Origin: Gemmatimonadota bacterium
Lineage (GTDB): Bacteria > Latescibacterota > UBA2968 > UBA8231
Assembly: GCA_038128265.1 (NCBI GenBank)
Contig: JAYPJE010000043.1
Location: 1 to 37,265 of the forward strand
Reading direction: 5' to 3'
Length of the DNA: 37,265 bases
Numbering within the stretch: the stretch's first letter is position 1; every line of letters begins with the position of its first letter. Shown piece after piece: positions 35,605 to 37,265 of the stretch. The translations under genes and the position numbers were made by a program. Below the pieces are notes generated by a model. It was not told the origin of the DNA. It was given only the letters and a program-made list of their open reading frames with translations, and ran no database searches.

Positions 35605-36783
35605 CTATGCAATACCGCAATAGCGCATAGCAGCCAATGCGTAGACGCTGGCCGCCTCACCGAGACGTCGTTCGTCAACCCACTCTACGTCGGCGTGCGC
35701 CGTCTCATTTGAAGGCCCGTAATAGAACGTGGGAATGCCCGTTCCGTGCACGTATATATTGGCATCGCCGACGATGCGCATCCCTACGTATTCGGGCGAC
35801 CCGCCGGCGACCCGTTCGTGCGCAGCCACCACGGCTTGCACGGCATCGTCGTCGGTGGGCGTTTCGAACGGCTCACGCTCGTGCTCCATATATACCTGGC
35901 CTGCGAGCCCCCCGCTTTTGGCTACGTCATCGACCAGAGCACGCAGTTCGTCCAAGACCTCCTCAGCGCACTGTCCTGGCGCCCAACGCCGCGTGCCCTG
36001 CAGCATCGCCTGCACCGGCGTGCGATTGAAATAATCGCCGGCGTGCACCTGCCCCAAATCGACGCGCTCGGCTCCTGCAAGGGGATGAATCGCTTCCACA
36101 TCCAGCACCTGCTGCAGCTGAAGGAGGCGATCGATTAGCTGTCCAACACAGCGTATTGGATTTTCGGCAAAGGGCACGTACTGCGTGTGACGCCCCCCCA
36201 GAGGCGAGGTGAGTTCGATGGTAAATACCATAGATCCCATACTCATGACCCACAGCGCATCGCGTCCCTCGACGATGAGAATGCGATCGCAGGACAGCAC
36301 GCCATTTCGCACGTCTTCTACAAGCGCGCGTGGCCCGTCTTTTTTCGCCACGGTTTCTTCGTGCCCTACCACCGCCGTCAGCCAGAGATCTCCGCTCAAC
36401 GCTACGCCGCTTTCCAACAGCGCTTTTGCCGCACCCAGCACGGCGGCCATGCCCCCCTTCATATCGGTGGCGCCACGACCGTAAATGCGTCCGTCCGCAC
36501 GCCGCATGGGACCGCACGCCCCTTGGGGTATGGTATCAAGGTGACCGTTTAACATCAGGGAGGGCCCATCGCCCCGGCCCGGCAGGCGCACGTAGAGGTT
36601 GTTGCGGCCCGGCGTAACGGGGCGCACGACGACTTCTAAGCCGAGGCCACGCAGCATCTCTTCGTATAGATCGCAAACGGCCGCTTCATCCATCGTTACG
36701 CTGGGAACCGCAACCAATTCGGCCGTTCGCTCTGCGATCCAATGGACGTCGATCGCACTCTGCACTCGCTGCTCTGTGTCCAT
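35605..36783 (-). CDS. M20 family metallohydrolase (ArgE/DapE-like), start ATG 36783
   Basis: LNGHLDT, IYGRGATDMKGG, GHEE, YGP...AHADVE; GAGAGG RBS. Confidence 0.9.
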   Translation of the reverse strand: MDTEQRVQSAIDVHWIAERTAELVAVPSVTMDEAAVCDLYEEMLRGLGLEVVVRPVTPGRNNLYVRLPGRGDGPSLMLNGHLDTIPQGACGPMRRADGRIYGRGATDMKGGMAAVLGAAKALLESGVALSGDLWLTAVVGHEETVAKKDGPRALVEDVRNGVLSCDRILIVEGRDALWVMSMGSMVFTIELTSPLGGRHTQYVPFAENPIRCVGQLIDRLLQLQQVLDVEAIHPLAGAERVDLGQVHAGDYFNRTPVQAMLQGTRRWAPGQCAEEVLDELRALVDDVAKSGGLAGQVYMEHEREPFETPTDDDAVQAVVAAHERVAGGSPEYVGMRIVGDANIYVHGTGIPTFYYGPSNETAHADVEWVDERRLGEAASVYALAAMRYCGIA

Positions 36784-36801
36784 GTAGCCTCTCTGCAACA
36801 C

Positions 36802-36844
36802 AGCTTTAGGAGCATCCCGCGCTGGGAGGACTGCTCCTAAAGCT
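36802..36844. repeat. Intergenic hairpin with perfect 13-bp inverted repeat
   Basis: AGCTTTAGGAGCA (36802-36814) and TGCTCCTAAAGCT (36832-36844); no U-tract. Confidence 0.85.
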
Positions 36845-36849
36845 AAGAA

Positions 36850-37265
36850 TTAACGGTCGAAATCCATCTTGATGCGGCCCCAAGAAGCGGCCTGGATAGC
36901 GGTCGCAACATCGTCCAAACTATCCGAATCCTCGAGGTTAGTTCTGATGTAATCTCGGACCGCAACCAATTCGTCAAACTGGTAGAAAAAGTTGACCTTC
37001 GCATCTTTTATACTGCCCCCAGAAGCTTCTTCATATATGACGAAAAACATCCAAGACTCGGCTATATCTTCTACGGGATTTGTCGCAGCATATTCCGACA
37101 CGTAGTCATCTTCGTTGGCTCCGTAAAGCCTCTCGGCGGCCTCCTCCGATGGGTATTCCAAGATGAGGTTTAAGTGTTCCTGAAATACCTCCTGCTGCCA
37201 AAAGGCCTGGAAGTAGAGGTGCATATACGAATTTTCGATTAGGCAACCCTCGTCTATCAAAAATC
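36850..37265 (-). CDS. C-terminal part of a putative zinc-metallopeptidase-like exported protein ending in an SWGRIK motif (runs off window)
   Basis: YVSEYAATNPVEDIAESW...KDAKVNFF motif; frame open to the window edge; C-terminus AIQAASWGRIKMDFDR. Confidence 0.7.
   Translation of the reverse strand, partial: FLIDEGCLIENSYMHLYFQAFWQQEVFQEHLNLILEYPSEEAAERLYGANEDDYVSEYAATNPVEDIAESWMFFVIYEEASGGSIKDAKVNFFYQFDELVAVRDYIRTNLEDSDSLDDVATAIQAASWGRIKMDFDR

Overview
Gene-dense, GC-rich bacterial chromosomal segment of about 38 CDS. I recognised no rRNA, tRNA, CRISPR array or mobile element. The gene repertoire (DUF6785-like membrane protein, a C-terminal SWGxIK motif, several Gfo/Idh/MocA and PhyH enzymes) suggests Latescibacterota or a related FCB candidate phylum; this is inference only. 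Left end, minus strand: a STAS-HATPase_c kinase-like gene, an unannotated 49-aa membrane microprotein, a STAS-wHTH regulator with a near-consensus sigma70 promoter and overlapping palindrome, an SH3 protein, then nurA, a standalone HAS-barrel gene and herA (herA runs off the window and is missing from the ORF track). Divergent from these are two paralogous unknown proteins sharing a C-terminal domain that may be CLec/FGE-like; one has a long acidic linker with a 93-bp tandem duplication. The middle holds oxidoreductases, a DUF6785-like transporter, a MacAB-like ABC exporter with two adaptor proteins, two metallophosphoesterases, a small Cro-like protein, PhyH, SIMPL, speD, an NtrC-type two-component system, HU/IHF and a DUF4932-like protein. 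The right end is a minus-strand catabolic run: class III aminotransferase, GH127, PhyH, a divergent GalrD-II-like enolase-superfamily enzyme, a class V PLP enzyme, an M20 hydrolase and a partial metallopeptidase-like protein. The best candidate novel system is a sigma-factor-free partner-switching module (STAS-HATPase acting on STAS-wHTH) placed ahead of the nurA/HAS/herA genes.
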